Positions 47,389-56,555 of a stretch of 64,000 nt of DNA are shown in pieces (the stretch's first letter is position 1; the number at the start of each line of letters is the position of its first letter). The DNA is from Myxococcaceae bacterium (GTDB lineage: Bacteria; Myxococcota; Myxococcia; Myxococcales; Myxococcaceae). The notes beneath the pieces were generated by a model. That model was not told the origin of the DNA, did not search any database, and saw nothing but the letters and a program-made list of their open reading frames with translations. The stretch is from contig JBJXGM010000129.1 of assembly GCA_046155985.1 (NCBI GenBank), positions 2,773-66,772 of the forward strand, read 5' to 3'. A program made the position numbers and the translations under genes.

Positions 47389-48393
47389 ATGTCGCTCGTC
47401 CCCCAAAATCTGATCGGCGAAAGCGACCCCATCGAAGGGGTGCGGCGGTGGCTGGAAAAGGCCGCAGCGCTTGACGCGCCAGTCGTGATTGAAGGCGAGT
47501 CCGGTACCGGCAAACTTTTGGCGACCAGACGCCTGCACCACCTGTCACCCCGCCAACAGGCACCTTGCGTCGTGGTGTATGGCGAGTCGCTCAACGCAGA
47601 GCAGCTCGAGCGCGCCATCTTGGCCGCGACCACGGGCGGTGTTGGCACCTTGGTCATTCGGCACATCGAGAAGCTCGCCAAAGAGCTTCAGCCCCGACTG
47701 ACGCTGCTCCTCGAAATGCGAGAGCGCCTGCGCGGCGTCGCCGGCGGGGTGCCCCTGCCGCGCGTGGTGGCGACAGCGGTCACGCCGCTGCGCGAAGCGG
47801 TTCGGCAGGGCCACCTTCGGGAGGACTTGTTCTTCCGATTGGCGGTGTTGGTGCTCGAGATGCCGCCCTTGCGGGAGCGACTCGAGGACTTGCCTGCGTT
47901 GGTGCGAGGGATATTGGCCCCGGGGGCGGGCGCGACGGCGGTCACCCTGACGCCACCGGCGTTGGAAAAGCTTCGGGCCCATGCTTGGCCGCAGAACGTT
48001 CGCGAACTTCAGGATGTTCTTGCGCACTTGCGCGGCGCCGGGGCGAACATCGTCGACGTCAGCGACTTGCCGGCCCTGTTCGGCGCGATGCCTCAGCCCA
48101 GCTTGGGCTCGGTAGCGCTCCGGGCCGCAGTCACAGGCGCTGACCCTTCCGTTGCTGCCGTCACGGCGCGTGAGAACCTGGCCCCGCTTCCGGTTTCCGA
48201 GCACCTGCTCTTCAAAGAGGCCAAAGAGAAGCTGCTGGCTGAATTTGAGAAGGAATACCTCAGACGCCTTCTCACCACCGTCAATGGCAGCATCACCCGC
48301 GCCGCCGAGCGCAGCGGCCTTCACCGAAAATCGATTGAACGCCTGGTGAAAAAGTACGCGTTGCGTCCGCGCCGCCGGCGAAAAACGAAGTAA
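47389..48393 (+). CDS. degenerate sigma54-activator-like AAA+/Fis-HTH regulator
   Basis: Walker A is GESGTGKLLATRRLH. The GAFTGA loop region is absent. Walker B DE is replaced (TLVIRHIEKL). Conserved features are REDLFFRL, PPLRERLEDL and NVRELQ. The C-terminal HTH reads GSITRAAERSGLHRKSIERLVKKY. Confidence 0.75.
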   Translation: MSLVPQNLIGESDPIEGVRRWLEKAAALDAPVVIEGESGTGKLLATRRLHHLSPRQQAPCVVVYGESLNAEQLERAILAATTGGVGTLVIRHIEKLAKELQPRLTLLLEMRERLRGVAGGVPLPRVVATAVTPLREAVRQGHLREDLFFRLAVLVLEMPPLRERLEDLPALVRGILAPGAGATAVTLTPPALEKLRAHAWPQNVRELQDVLAHLRGAGANIVDVSDLPALFGAMPQPSLGSVALRAAVTGADPSVAAVTARENLAPLPVSEHLLFKEAKEKLLAEFEKEYLRRLLTTVNGSITRAAERSGLHRKSIERLVKKYALRPRRRRKTK

Positions 48394-48401
48394 GCAGCAC
48401 G

Positions 48402-48707
48402 CTATTTCTTGTACGCCGAGTCGTGATCGAGGTGCAGCGTGAGCAGGCGCAAGAAATCGTCGTCGCGAAATGCCAGCGCACGGTATTTCTGAGACAGACG
48501 AAGGCTGTAAACAGCCCCACCATTTGGCGCGGGAACTTGCTCTATTTTCTCCCAGCGAATCCCTTTGCTCTTTTGGACAATGGCCCAGTCCATGCCTTGA
48601 AGTTTCTGCAAACCACGAAGAACACGCGAAGCCTCCACCGGGTCTGCTTCGGCGAGTCCACGGAGGAATTCGGGGTTGTTCAAATCCAGTCGGACCCTAC
48701 CGCCCAC
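48402..48707 (-). CDS. RelE/ParE-superfamily type II toxin
   Basis: The C-terminal pattern YSLRLSQKYRALAFRDDDFLRLLTLHLDHDSAY resembles the RelE/ParE core. It overlaps the upstream antitoxin gene by 11 nt. Confidence 0.6.
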   Translation of the reverse strand: MGGRVRLDLNNPEFLRGLAEADPVEASRVLRGLQKLQGMDWAIVQKSKGIRWEKIEQVPAPNGGAVYSLRLSQKYRALAFRDDDFLRLLTLHLDHDSAYKK

Positions 48708-48978
48708 GCTTCACTCGCTTGGACAGTGAAGCGAGTTCCGCCTTTGTCGTTTCCTGTGGTGGGTGCGTATCGGCCCAGACAAGTGCGCGCCGAATGGACT
48801 CTTGGTCGCGCACCAACCAGCTGTCCTTGGGCAACACGTCCACGGGGCGAAGCACAATCACCCCATCAGGGTAGGTTTCTTCTTGATACAGCTGTCCTTC
48901 GTACTGTCGTCCGAGCGAAATCTGCCCGCTCTTTCCAACGCGCTTGATTTCAACAGTGGCTGGCGCCGTGGATGTCAT
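48697..48978 (-). CDS. AbrB/MazE/SpoVT-type antitoxin
   Basis: VEIKRVGKSGQISLGRQY is a swapped-hairpin AbrB-like N-terminus. The start was chosen at MTSTAP (48978); 48999 is an alternative. Confidence 0.6.
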   Translation of the reverse strand: MTSTAPATVEIKRVGKSGQISLGRQYEGQLYQEETYPDGVIVLRPVDVLPKDSWLVRDQESIRRALVWADTHPPQETTKAELASLSKRVKRGR

Positions 48979-49099
48979 GCGCGACACACTATCATGCATT
49001 CATGCTTTCATGCGCACAGGAGGATAACCCGTTGGTATTCATCAGGAAGGGCACGTTGCCGTTGCCGCGGCCGCGTGTTACGCGCAGCGCCTGCGGCTT

Positions 49100-51988
49100 A
49101 TGAGTGACCCAAGCGCCAAAGAAGCTCCCGAAGCGTTCAAAGACACGCTGAACCTTCCGAAGACGGATTTTCCCATGAAGGGAAACCTGACGCAGCTCGA
49201 ACCCAAGCTGCTGGGGTTTTGGGAGGAAAAGCGGGTGTACCCCCGTGTTTTGGAGCGCAACGCCAAGGCTCAGCCTTTTGTTCTTGTCGACGGTCCGCCT
49301 TACGCGAATGGGCACCTTCATGCCGGACACGCGCTGAACAAGATTCTCAAAGACATCGTCGTCAAATACCAAAACCAATCCGGACGGCGCTGCGACTACA
49401 TTCCTGGATTCGACACGCACGGACTGCCGATAGAGCAAGCTGTCGAAAAGCGGCTCAAAGAAAAGAAAATCGACCGACGCTCCCTGCCGCGCGACGAATT
49501 CTTGGCGCAGTGCAAAGCGTACGCGCTGGAGTTCATCGACATTCAAACGCAGGAGTTTCAGCGTCTCGGGGTGTTGGGCCGCTGGAGCGAGCCCTACCGG
49601 ACGATGGATGCGCCCTTCGAGGCCCAGCAGATTCGCGCGTTGGCGGCGTTTGCCCGGCGCGGCCAGCTGTATCGCCAGAAGAAGCCTGTTTATTTTTGTG
49701 TGAACGACCAAACGGCGCTTGCTGAAGCCGAGGTGGAATACGAAGACAAGACAAGTCCATCGGTTTACGTGGCGATGCGCGCGCGCAGCGAAGACACCGC
49801 GTGGCCGGCGCCCGTACCCAAGTCGAGCCAGACGAAGTCGATTCATTCGTCCTTCCCGTTTCTCGCAGGCAAACAAGTCTTCTTTGTGGTCTGGACGACG
49901 ACTTCGTGGACGCTTGTGGCCAATGAGGCCATCGCGGTACATCCCAAGGCCGAGTACGTCTTCTATGCGGTTGGCGAACGCGTCCTTGTCGTGGCCAAAG
50001 ACTTGTTGCCAGCAGTTCTGAAGGCCATCGCGCCCGACCAAACCCTCAACCCACAGAGGATTCTGGGCCACGTTTCCGGCGCCGAACTCGAAGGCTTTGC
50101 TTACGAACATCCGTTTCGTGCGGACAAGCCGCGCCCGGTGATTTTGGGAGAACACGTCACCCTCGATGCGGGCACGGGGTTGGTGCACACCGCGCCGGGG
50201 CATGGGCACGAAGACTACGTGGCCGGGCGCGCTTACGGGCTTCCTGTCTACAACCCGGTGGGTGCGGACGGAAAGTACGACGACACCGTTCCCGAAGCGC
50301 TGAGGGGGCAGCATGTTTTCAAAGTGGCGCCCCTTGTCGCAGAGATGTTGGCCAACGCCGGTGCGCTGCTGAACGCCAAGACGGACACGGTTCGTCACAG
50401 CTACCCCCACTGCTGGCGTTGCCGTCAGCCCATCATTCACGCCGCGACGTATCAGTGGTTCATCCCCATGGACTTCGCAGCGACATCGGGCGGCAAAACT
50501 TTTCGGGCACAAGTGCTCGATGAGGTTGAGCGCGTCCACTGGATTCCAGGCTGGGGCAAGTCGCGCATCCGCGGCATGTTGGAAAACCGCCCAGATTGGT
50601 GCATCAGCCGTCAGCGCACATGGGGCGTGCCGATTCCGATTGTCTATTGTGCGAAGCCTTCGTGTGACGAAGCGCTCATCGAGCCGAGTCTTGCGGCGCA
50701 GGTGATGGAAAACCTCGCATCACGTGCCGAAACCGAAGGCAGCGGCGCGTGGTACCGGGAGGCACCCGAGACGTTTCTGCCCAAGGGCACAGCTTGTCCG
50801 CGCTGCAAAGGCACAGCATTTCGCCGAGAGACAGACATTTTGGACGTCTGGTTCGACTCGGCCTGTGCCTTTGCCGACGTGCTTGAACGTCGGCTCAAAA
50901 CGTTCCCGGCCGACCTTTACTTGGAAGGCAGCGACCAACACCGCGGCTGGTTTCATTCGTCCATGTTGGTGGGCGTTGGCGCGCGTGGGCAGACGCCGTA
51001 CAAAACCTGTCTGACGCATGGTTTCGTGGTCGATGGCGAAGGCCGCAAGATGTCGAAAAGTGTCGGCAACGTTGTCGCGCCCGAAAAAGTCATCGCGCAA
51101 TACGGCGCCGAAGTCCTTCGGCTGTGGGTGGCGTCTTCGGACTACCGCGACGATGTTCGGCTTTCCGACCAAATCCTCAAGGGCCTGGCCGAGGGCTATC
51201 GAAAAATCCGCAACACGCTGCGGTACGCCCTCTCCAATCTCTACGATTTTGACCCCGCGATAGACAGTGTTCCGCGCGCGCGACTGTTACCGTTGGACCG
51301 CTGGGCGTTGGCGCGTCACACGCAGCTCGTAGAGAAAGTCCGCCGCGCGTATGACAGCTACGAGTTTCACCTGGTGTACCACGCGGTCATTGAGTTTTGC
51401 GGCGTGGACCTGTCGGCCGTTTACTTCGACATTCTCAAAGACCGGCTCTACACCGCCAAAGCGAAAGGTATTGCGCGTCGGTCGGCACAAACCGTGCTCG
51501 AAATCATTGCGCGAGATTTGATTCGACTGCTGGCGCCCATCACCAGCTTCACCAGTGAAGAGGCGTGGGGCTTCTTGCCCAAGCGCGTGGGCGACGCCGA
51601 GTCGGTGTTCTTGTCAGACCTGCCGAAGTCGGAACCGCTCGCGCGCGAAGACGAAGCGCTGCTCGACACGTACACCCAGCTGTTTGCCGTTCGCAAAGCT
51701 GCGCAAGAGGTGCTTGAGGTGGCGCGTCGCGAAAAGAAAATTGGCGCGTCGCTTGAGGCAAAACTGCGAATTTCGGCGTCTGGAAAAACGCGCGCCTTGC
51801 TGGATGCGCATGCGGCGGAATTGCCCGGTCTTTTCATTGTGAGCCAAGTTGAACTCGTCGATGGTGCTGAACTCGCCGTGCAAGTGCTTCCGGCCGAGGG
51901 CGCCAAGTGCCCGCGCTGCTGGACCTACAGCACAGCCGTCGCGCCTGGCCGACCGGTGTGTGAGAAGTGCGTGTCAGCGCTCGCATAA
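49100..51988 (+). CDS. ileS: isoleucine--tRNA ligase
   Basis: HIGH-type motif PYANGHLHAGHALNK and KMSKS are present. The C-terminal Zn-binding pair is CPRCW…CEKC. The protein is 962 aa. Confidence 0.97.
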   Translation: MSDPSAKEAPEAFKDTLNLPKTDFPMKGNLTQLEPKLLGFWEEKRVYPRVLERNAKAQPFVLVDGPPYANGHLHAGHALNKILKDIVVKYQNQSGRRCDYIPGFDTHGLPIEQAVEKRLKEKKIDRRSLPRDEFLAQCKAYALEFIDIQTQEFQRLGVLGRWSEPYRTMDAPFEAQQIRALAAFARRGQLYRQKKPVYFCVNDQTALAEAEVEYEDKTSPSVYVAMRARSEDTAWPAPVPKSSQTKSIHSSFPFLAGKQVFFVVWTTTSWTLVANEAIAVHPKAEYVFYAVGERVLVVAKDLLPAVLKAIAPDQTLNPQRILGHVSGAELEGFAYEHPFRADKPRPVILGEHVTLDAGTGLVHTAPGHGHEDYVAGRAYGLPVYNPVGADGKYDDTVPEALRGQHVFKVAPLVAEMLANAGALLNAKTDTVRHSYPHCWRCRQPIIHAATYQWFIPMDFAATSGGKTFRAQVLDEVERVHWIPGWGKSRIRGMLENRPDWCISRQRTWGVPIPIVYCAKPSCDEALIEPSLAAQVMENLASRAETEGSGAWYREAPETFLPKGTACPRCKGTAFRRETDILDVWFDSACAFADVLERRLKTFPADLYLEGSDQHRGWFHSSMLVGVGARGQTPYKTCLTHGFVVDGEGRKMSKSVGNVVAPEKVIAQYGAEVLRLWVASSDYRDDVRLSDQILKGLAEGYRKIRNTLRYALSNLYDFDPAIDSVPRARLLPLDRWALARHTQLVEKVRRAYDSYEFHLVYHAVIEFCGVDLSAVYFDILKDRLYTAKAKGIARRSAQTVLEIIARDLIRLLAPITSFTSEEAWGFLPKRVGDAESVFLSDLPKSEPLAREDEALLDTYTQLFAVRKAAQEVLEVARREKKIGASLEAKLRISASGKTRALLDAHAAELPGLFIVSQVELVDGAELAVQVLPAEGAKCPRCWTYSTAVAPGRPVCEKCVSALA

Positions 51989-52055
51989 CCACTGACCCGC
52001 CGGCGCTCATTTCTCCGATTGAAGTCCTGAGTTCTGCCGGAGAGCTTGGGGGTTT

Positions 52056-53867
52056 ATGGCCCCAATCGGCGCTATCCGTGAACGTGGAAGCAACCGTGCG
52101 CCACGCGCGCCGACAATGTCGCCGATGAAAGTTTTGGCCCCGGGCGGAAAGGGCAGTCCGCCGTTCCAGCCAGCGGCCCGCGTGGCTGCGGCGCGAACGG
52201 CGCATTCGACGCCCAGGCTATCGGTCGACGCCAGCTCGCTCCAACGCGGTCTCTTCGAGTTTGCTCGCGCATCGGGTGTTCCCGCCACCAGCGTGGACAC
52301 CGTGGGGTTTCGAGTGTGCGGCACCTCGTACGTCGCCAGCGCCAGTGTGATCGAAGGCTTTCCGAGCATCGACGTTGACATTGACCCTGCCCAAGTAGAC
52401 GCGAAAGCCTTGGCGCGGTTGGTTTCGGCAGCGCGCAAGGCGCGCGCGCGCGGGTGGCAAGTGCAGCTTCGCGTGACTTCAGAAGTCGCCATCCTGAGGC
52501 GCTTGCTCGAGGTATCCCTCCATGGCGCTCTGCTCGGACCCCGTGAACGAATTTGGACGAATGCGTCCGCTCGCGATTGTCATACAGCCTGGCTGCCCGT
52601 TTCTGATGCCGTCGATGTTGCGCTCTGGCGGCACGCCGATTCGGAATTGGAGCTTTGCGTTCGTGTTCGCAACAGAAGGCCGCTCTCTCAACCAGCACGG
52701 CGCGAGCTCGTTTCGGCTGCACGGGAGGTCGCACGGCTGACCGGGGCGGCGCAGCTGCATCTGCAGACCAGTGAGACGTGGATTTTCCCGGCGAGGCGAA
52801 CACCCGCCGTCCTTCCTTTGTGGAACGAGCGTGATGCGAACCTCGCCCGCGCGGTCTCGCGCGTGCTTGGATCGTCTTTCGCTCCGGGCAAGTTCTGTCT
52901 TGCACAAGGCGAGGAATGCGTGGTGTTCCGCGACACGGGCCTCCCCGATACCGCGACTTGGCACGCTAAGTTTGAGCAGGGGCCTACCGGCATCCGCGCG
53001 GCGGTCTCTGTTCGAAAGCCCCAAGAGGTTTCCGGTCTTTGGAATTCCCTAAGACGACTGGCCACTGCCTCCCTCACCGTAGAGGTCGACGCCAACGCGC
53101 TGATGGCCTCGTTTCAGCGCAGTCAGCGTCGCCCGTACACCGTTCCGCGAGCGGACGGAGGGCGGCCTGTGCACGTTTTTGGCGACCTCCAAGGCGACCC
53201 CCTGCTGGTCGTTCGCTCCGCGGTGGAGGCCTGGGACGCGCTGGGCGCGACGCCGGAAAGACAAGCCGCTCTGCGAGACATCTTCGTGATGCCTCATTTG
53301 GGGGGCATCCGACACGCAGACTTGGAGGTGCAGACTGGCGGGCTCGGCGGTTTCCGCAACGGTACGATCTTGGTCGCTCGCGGCGCCGACTACCTCGAGA
53401 CGATTGCCCACGAAGCGGCGCACAACCTTGACCCAGACTCTGTCCTCGCCCATGCGCCGGGGGCGCCTTACGGGCAGGGCGTGCTGACTCGGGCGACGCT
53501 CGCCTCTTCCTGTTATGCCGAGGCGAACTTTGCGCGAGAAGACCGCGCGTGTCGCTATGAAGAGTTGGTGTGCGACCTCGCGCGAATGAGATGGAATCCG
53601 CTCGATGCATTTTACGGCCCGGATGAGCGCGCCCCGAAGTACCGCTACTTGCTTCGGACCGAGCTCGACTGCGACTTGCCCGAAACGGCGCCCTCCGATG
53701 GGGTGCTTCGAGCGATTCTTCAAAAGCGCTTCCCGCGCATCACGCCAAGGGCGCCCAGCGCGCGAAAGCGCAATCTGGATGCGCCGTGGCGCTCACCGAC
53801 GCTGGCGCGCCTCGCCGCTGAGGCCAAGAAACCACCGGCGAACCGCACGTCGCGCACGACGCTGTAA
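52056..53867 (+). CDS. hypothetical protein with an HExxH motif (possible metallopeptidase)
   Basis: The motif ETIAHEAAHNLDPD lies near residue 450. There are no other recognisable domains. The start is uncertain. Confidence 0.45.
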   Translation: MAPIGAIRERGSNRAPRAPTMSPMKVLAPGGKGSPPFQPAARVAAARTAHSTPRLSVDASSLQRGLFEFARASGVPATSVDTVGFRVCGTSYVASASVIEGFPSIDVDIDPAQVDAKALARLVSAARKARARGWQVQLRVTSEVAILRRLLEVSLHGALLGPRERIWTNASARDCHTAWLPVSDAVDVALWRHADSELELCVRVRNRRPLSQPARRELVSAAREVARLTGAAQLHLQTSETWIFPARRTPAVLPLWNERDANLARAVSRVLGSSFAPGKFCLAQGEECVVFRDTGLPDTATWHAKFEQGPTGIRAAVSVRKPQEVSGLWNSLRRLATASLTVEVDANALMASFQRSQRRPYTVPRADGGRPVHVFGDLQGDPLLVVRSAVEAWDALGATPERQAALRDIFVMPHLGGIRHADLEVQTGGLGGFRNGTILVARGADYLETIAHEAAHNLDPDSVLAHAPGAPYGQGVLTRATLASSCYAEANFAREDRACRYEELVCDLARMRWNPLDAFYGPDERAPKYRYLLRTELDCDLPETAPSDGVLRAILQKRFPRITPRAPSARKRNLDAPWRSPTLARLAAEAKKPPANRTSRTTL

Positions 53868-54004
53868 TGGCCCATGTTTTCAGACGGTTTTGTGATCCTC
53901 TGGGTTGACGGTTGAACGAAATGCGCGCCCGCCGCAACTCATTGGCCGGACGCTCGAAAATGACGGGACGGCCTCCTTGTGGGGCTGCCACCTGAGGGTC
54001 CCGG

Positions 54005-55168
54005 ATGAATGACATTTTGAGACGAGCCGGCGCATTCAACCAACAGCCGCCCAACGTGGCGACTGAATCGGGCGGCGTCCGTGGACGGTCCCGGGCAAAT
54101 CCGCCAGCCCGGCTGTACGGGGAGCTCAGAGCCAACATGGCCTATGTGCGTCAGGCCCTGCCAGTCCTGGCGCAAGCCCTTCACAGGGTCTACAGGCAGC
54201 CGGACATGTTCTCCGTCATTTCTGGGGAGTACCCGCCTGTCGTGGCAGAGGGCGCTGACGTGCTCGAGGGTGTTGCACAGATGATTGAGCGCGAGCGCGG
54301 CGTTCCAGCTCGCCTCATTTTTGAGCAGATGAAAGACCCCGACGCGCAGCGTGCGATGGCTTGGCAGTGCCACAACGCCGCCGAACTCCAAAATCGAAAT
54401 CGGTCCCCAAACGAGCGAGTGGTTGGGCTCGCGACCTTTGAGCAGGGTGGAAAGCTGGTGGCAGGAGGGTTCATGCAACCCGCGTTGTTGGTTCGCCGAG
54501 AATTGGGTGAGGCGATTGCTCGCGCGCTATTCCCGGAAGAGCTGCTGAACCCTGCGCGGCTCGCTCCTCAAGATCAGGCCGCCGCTCGGGCCCTGCTCGC
54601 TGAAGCGAAGTCGCTTCGGCCCGGTGCGGTGTCACTCGCGGGGCGCTTTGTTCACGCGCGGGTGCTGTCGGGCGCACCCGTGTTTCCGGTCATGTTCGTG
54701 ACCACGAAAGCCGGAATGAACATCGCTGGGCTGCTCGAGGGGGTGCCCGACGAAATCAAACCACCGCTCAAGGCCGTGCCTTCGTCTTTGCAGGCGATGG
54801 CGCTCTCGGCGCTCAGGCAACAGGCGAAGCCGACGGCGCCATTCGAGGCGCTTGGCATCCCCGACGGAGCCGATGAGGCAATTGTCCAGCTTGTTGGCGC
54901 GCTGAATGTGGCGCTTCCACTCGCCGGCGCATGGAAATGTCCGGAACAGCGAGACTTCAAGATTGGTAGGGATTCGGTGGAGCCTCTGAGACTGACGCGC
55001 AGATTCGCCAAGACAGTTCGAGCGGCTGCCGCGCACCTGCGAGCACCGGCGTTGCCTTTTGACGATGCAAGCGGTTTTGATCCAGCGCCGACCGAACCAC
55101 CTCGCGCGACGCCGCTGCGATTTACCCCAGGGCGTCGTGCTGGGAATCGTTCGAAGGGCTTGGCCTGA
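54005..55168 (+). CDS. hypothetical protein (387 aa)
   Basis: A clean ORF. No family was recognised. Confidence 0.45.
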   Translation: MNDILRRAGAFNQQPPNVATESGGVRGRSRANPPARLYGELRANMAYVRQALPVLAQALHRVYRQPDMFSVISGEYPPVVAEGADVLEGVAQMIERERGVPARLIFEQMKDPDAQRAMAWQCHNAAELQNRNRSPNERVVGLATFEQGGKLVAGGFMQPALLVRRELGEAIARALFPEELLNPARLAPQDQAAARALLAEAKSLRPGAVSLAGRFVHARVLSGAPVFPVMFVTTKAGMNIAGLLEGVPDEIKPPLKAVPSSLQAMALSALRQQAKPTAPFEALGIPDGADEAIVQLVGALNVALPLAGAWKCPEQRDFKIGRDSVEPLRLTRRFAKTVRAAAAHLRAPALPFDDASGFDPAPTEPPRATPLRFTPGRRAGNRSKGLA

Positions 55169-55178
55169 CGCAGTGCCG

Positions 55179-56219
55179 TTAGGGCTTGGTTCCACCTCGC
55201 ACCAGGGCGGCGATGGCCGAGCGCGCTACGGTGCGAATCGTGTTCTCACCCGGTGCTGGTTCGGGCCTGGGGGTGGAAGCAAACAGCACCGATAGGCTTC
55301 CCACGAGCGTTTGGGCGTTTTCGGTGACGTCTTTCCAACCCAGGCGCACGACGTTCCAGCCGTGCGCGTTAAGGGCGGTGAGGCGCGTGGCGGCTTCCGT
55401 CGCCTCTTTGGGTGTCAGTTTCGAAGTCTCAAGCAGTTCGACAACGACATGCTGCCCTGGCCACGCGAAGTCCACGCATGCGATTTCGAAGCCATTTTCC
55501 AACACGCGAAAATCGGCGGCGGGATTTGGGAGATGGGCTTCTTGGAAAAGCTGCAGCGCGCGCTGGCGGAGCGGTGCCAAGGCGTCGGCTTTCGGCGTGG
55601 CGTGGAGGTCGGGGCGGACCGATTCCGCTTTTGCTCGGGGCGTCGTTGCACCCGCAAGCTGCGCAATGGCCTTCGCCATTTTCCCAGTACCGGCGCGCCC
55701 TCGGGGGGGCATGAGCGCGAGTTCAGCCTGCAACACCCCAAGCGTGACGGCACCATTTTGAAGGGCGCGATGCAGGGCCCCATCAAGCGCGGCGTCGTCC
55801 ACTTCGCCGGCCACATCGAACAACGTCCGCGCGGGAGACGTCAGCGCCACACCTTCGTGCAATGCGTGCACGTGCGGCGGCAGCGGCATCTGGTGGGCTT
55901 TGACCCACGCTTGGGGTGGGCACAGGCGGTTGGGTGAGCTGACCTCAATGGTTTGCGGCTCATCCCCAAACCCCCAAAACCACGCTGCAGTCAGGTGTGA
56001 AATCAATGCATCGCGGCCGGCCCACAGCGCGACGCACCAGGCTTTTTGAAGCGTGGTGGTCGGCGCCCAGCCCACGCGAAAAACGCCGGGCAGCTCGCGG
56101 TTCCAATCTTTTCGAGCAAGGCGCGTATGAATTTGTGCTTTGGAAAAACCAGACTGGAGTGCCTGAGTCCGTGAAAGGACACCCTGTTGACGCTTTGCCA
56201 GCTCAAGAAGCTGCTCCAT
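55179..56219 (-). CDS. DUF559/Vsr-like endonuclease-fold protein with an AbiEi-like N-terminal wHTH
   Basis: The N-terminus reads LLELAKRQQGVLSRTQALQSGFSKAQIHTRLARKDW. The C-terminus reads IACVDFAWPGQHVVVELLE…HGWNVVRLGWKDV. Confidence 0.65.
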   Translation of the reverse strand: MEQLLELAKRQQGVLSRTQALQSGFSKAQIHTRLARKDWNRELPGVFRVGWAPTTTLQKAWCVALWAGRDALISHLTAAWFWGFGDEPQTIEVSSPNRLCPPQAWVKAHQMPLPPHVHALHEGVALTSPARTLFDVAGEVDDAALDGALHRALQNGAVTLGVLQAELALMPPRGRAGTGKMAKAIAQLAGATTPRAKAESVRPDLHATPKADALAPLRQRALQLFQEAHLPNPAADFRVLENGFEIACVDFAWPGQHVVVELLETSKLTPKEATEAATRLTALNAHGWNVVRLGWKDVTENAQTLVGSLSVLFASTPRPEPAPGENTIRTVARSAIAALVRGGTKP

Positions 56220-56555
56220 GGGCGCGGGACGAAAGCACCCCCTTCTGACTGTAGGTTCGCGGAGGAGGACTCCCTACTCTTCCTACATCGCGAATCCTGC
56301 TGGCTTCCGCGAACGCTACGCACTGCATTTGCAGCGGCTGATGAGCAGAGATGTCAACCCATTTCGCGAATCCTCAGGGCGAATTCTTTTGAGAAACCTG
56401 TAAGATGGCAAAGGTTTAGAAATTTAGGTCGCTACAGCTTACGGCAAGCGCGCGGTATGCCGACGGGGGGCCGGCGATCGCTCTCGCACGGTTGTTGGGC
56501 TTCTACCGACACTGTGGTATGCGCCGCCCGCCTTTAGCCCCAAGGAGCCTATTCC

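Noticed and set aside
47363-47563. An upstream extension of the rimK ORF.
   Set aside because: It would overlap the divergent regulator gene. RimK homology begins shortly after the ATG at 47362.
48992-50539. A 515-aa minus-strand ORF.
   Set aside because: It is antisense to ileS and is a shadow ORF.
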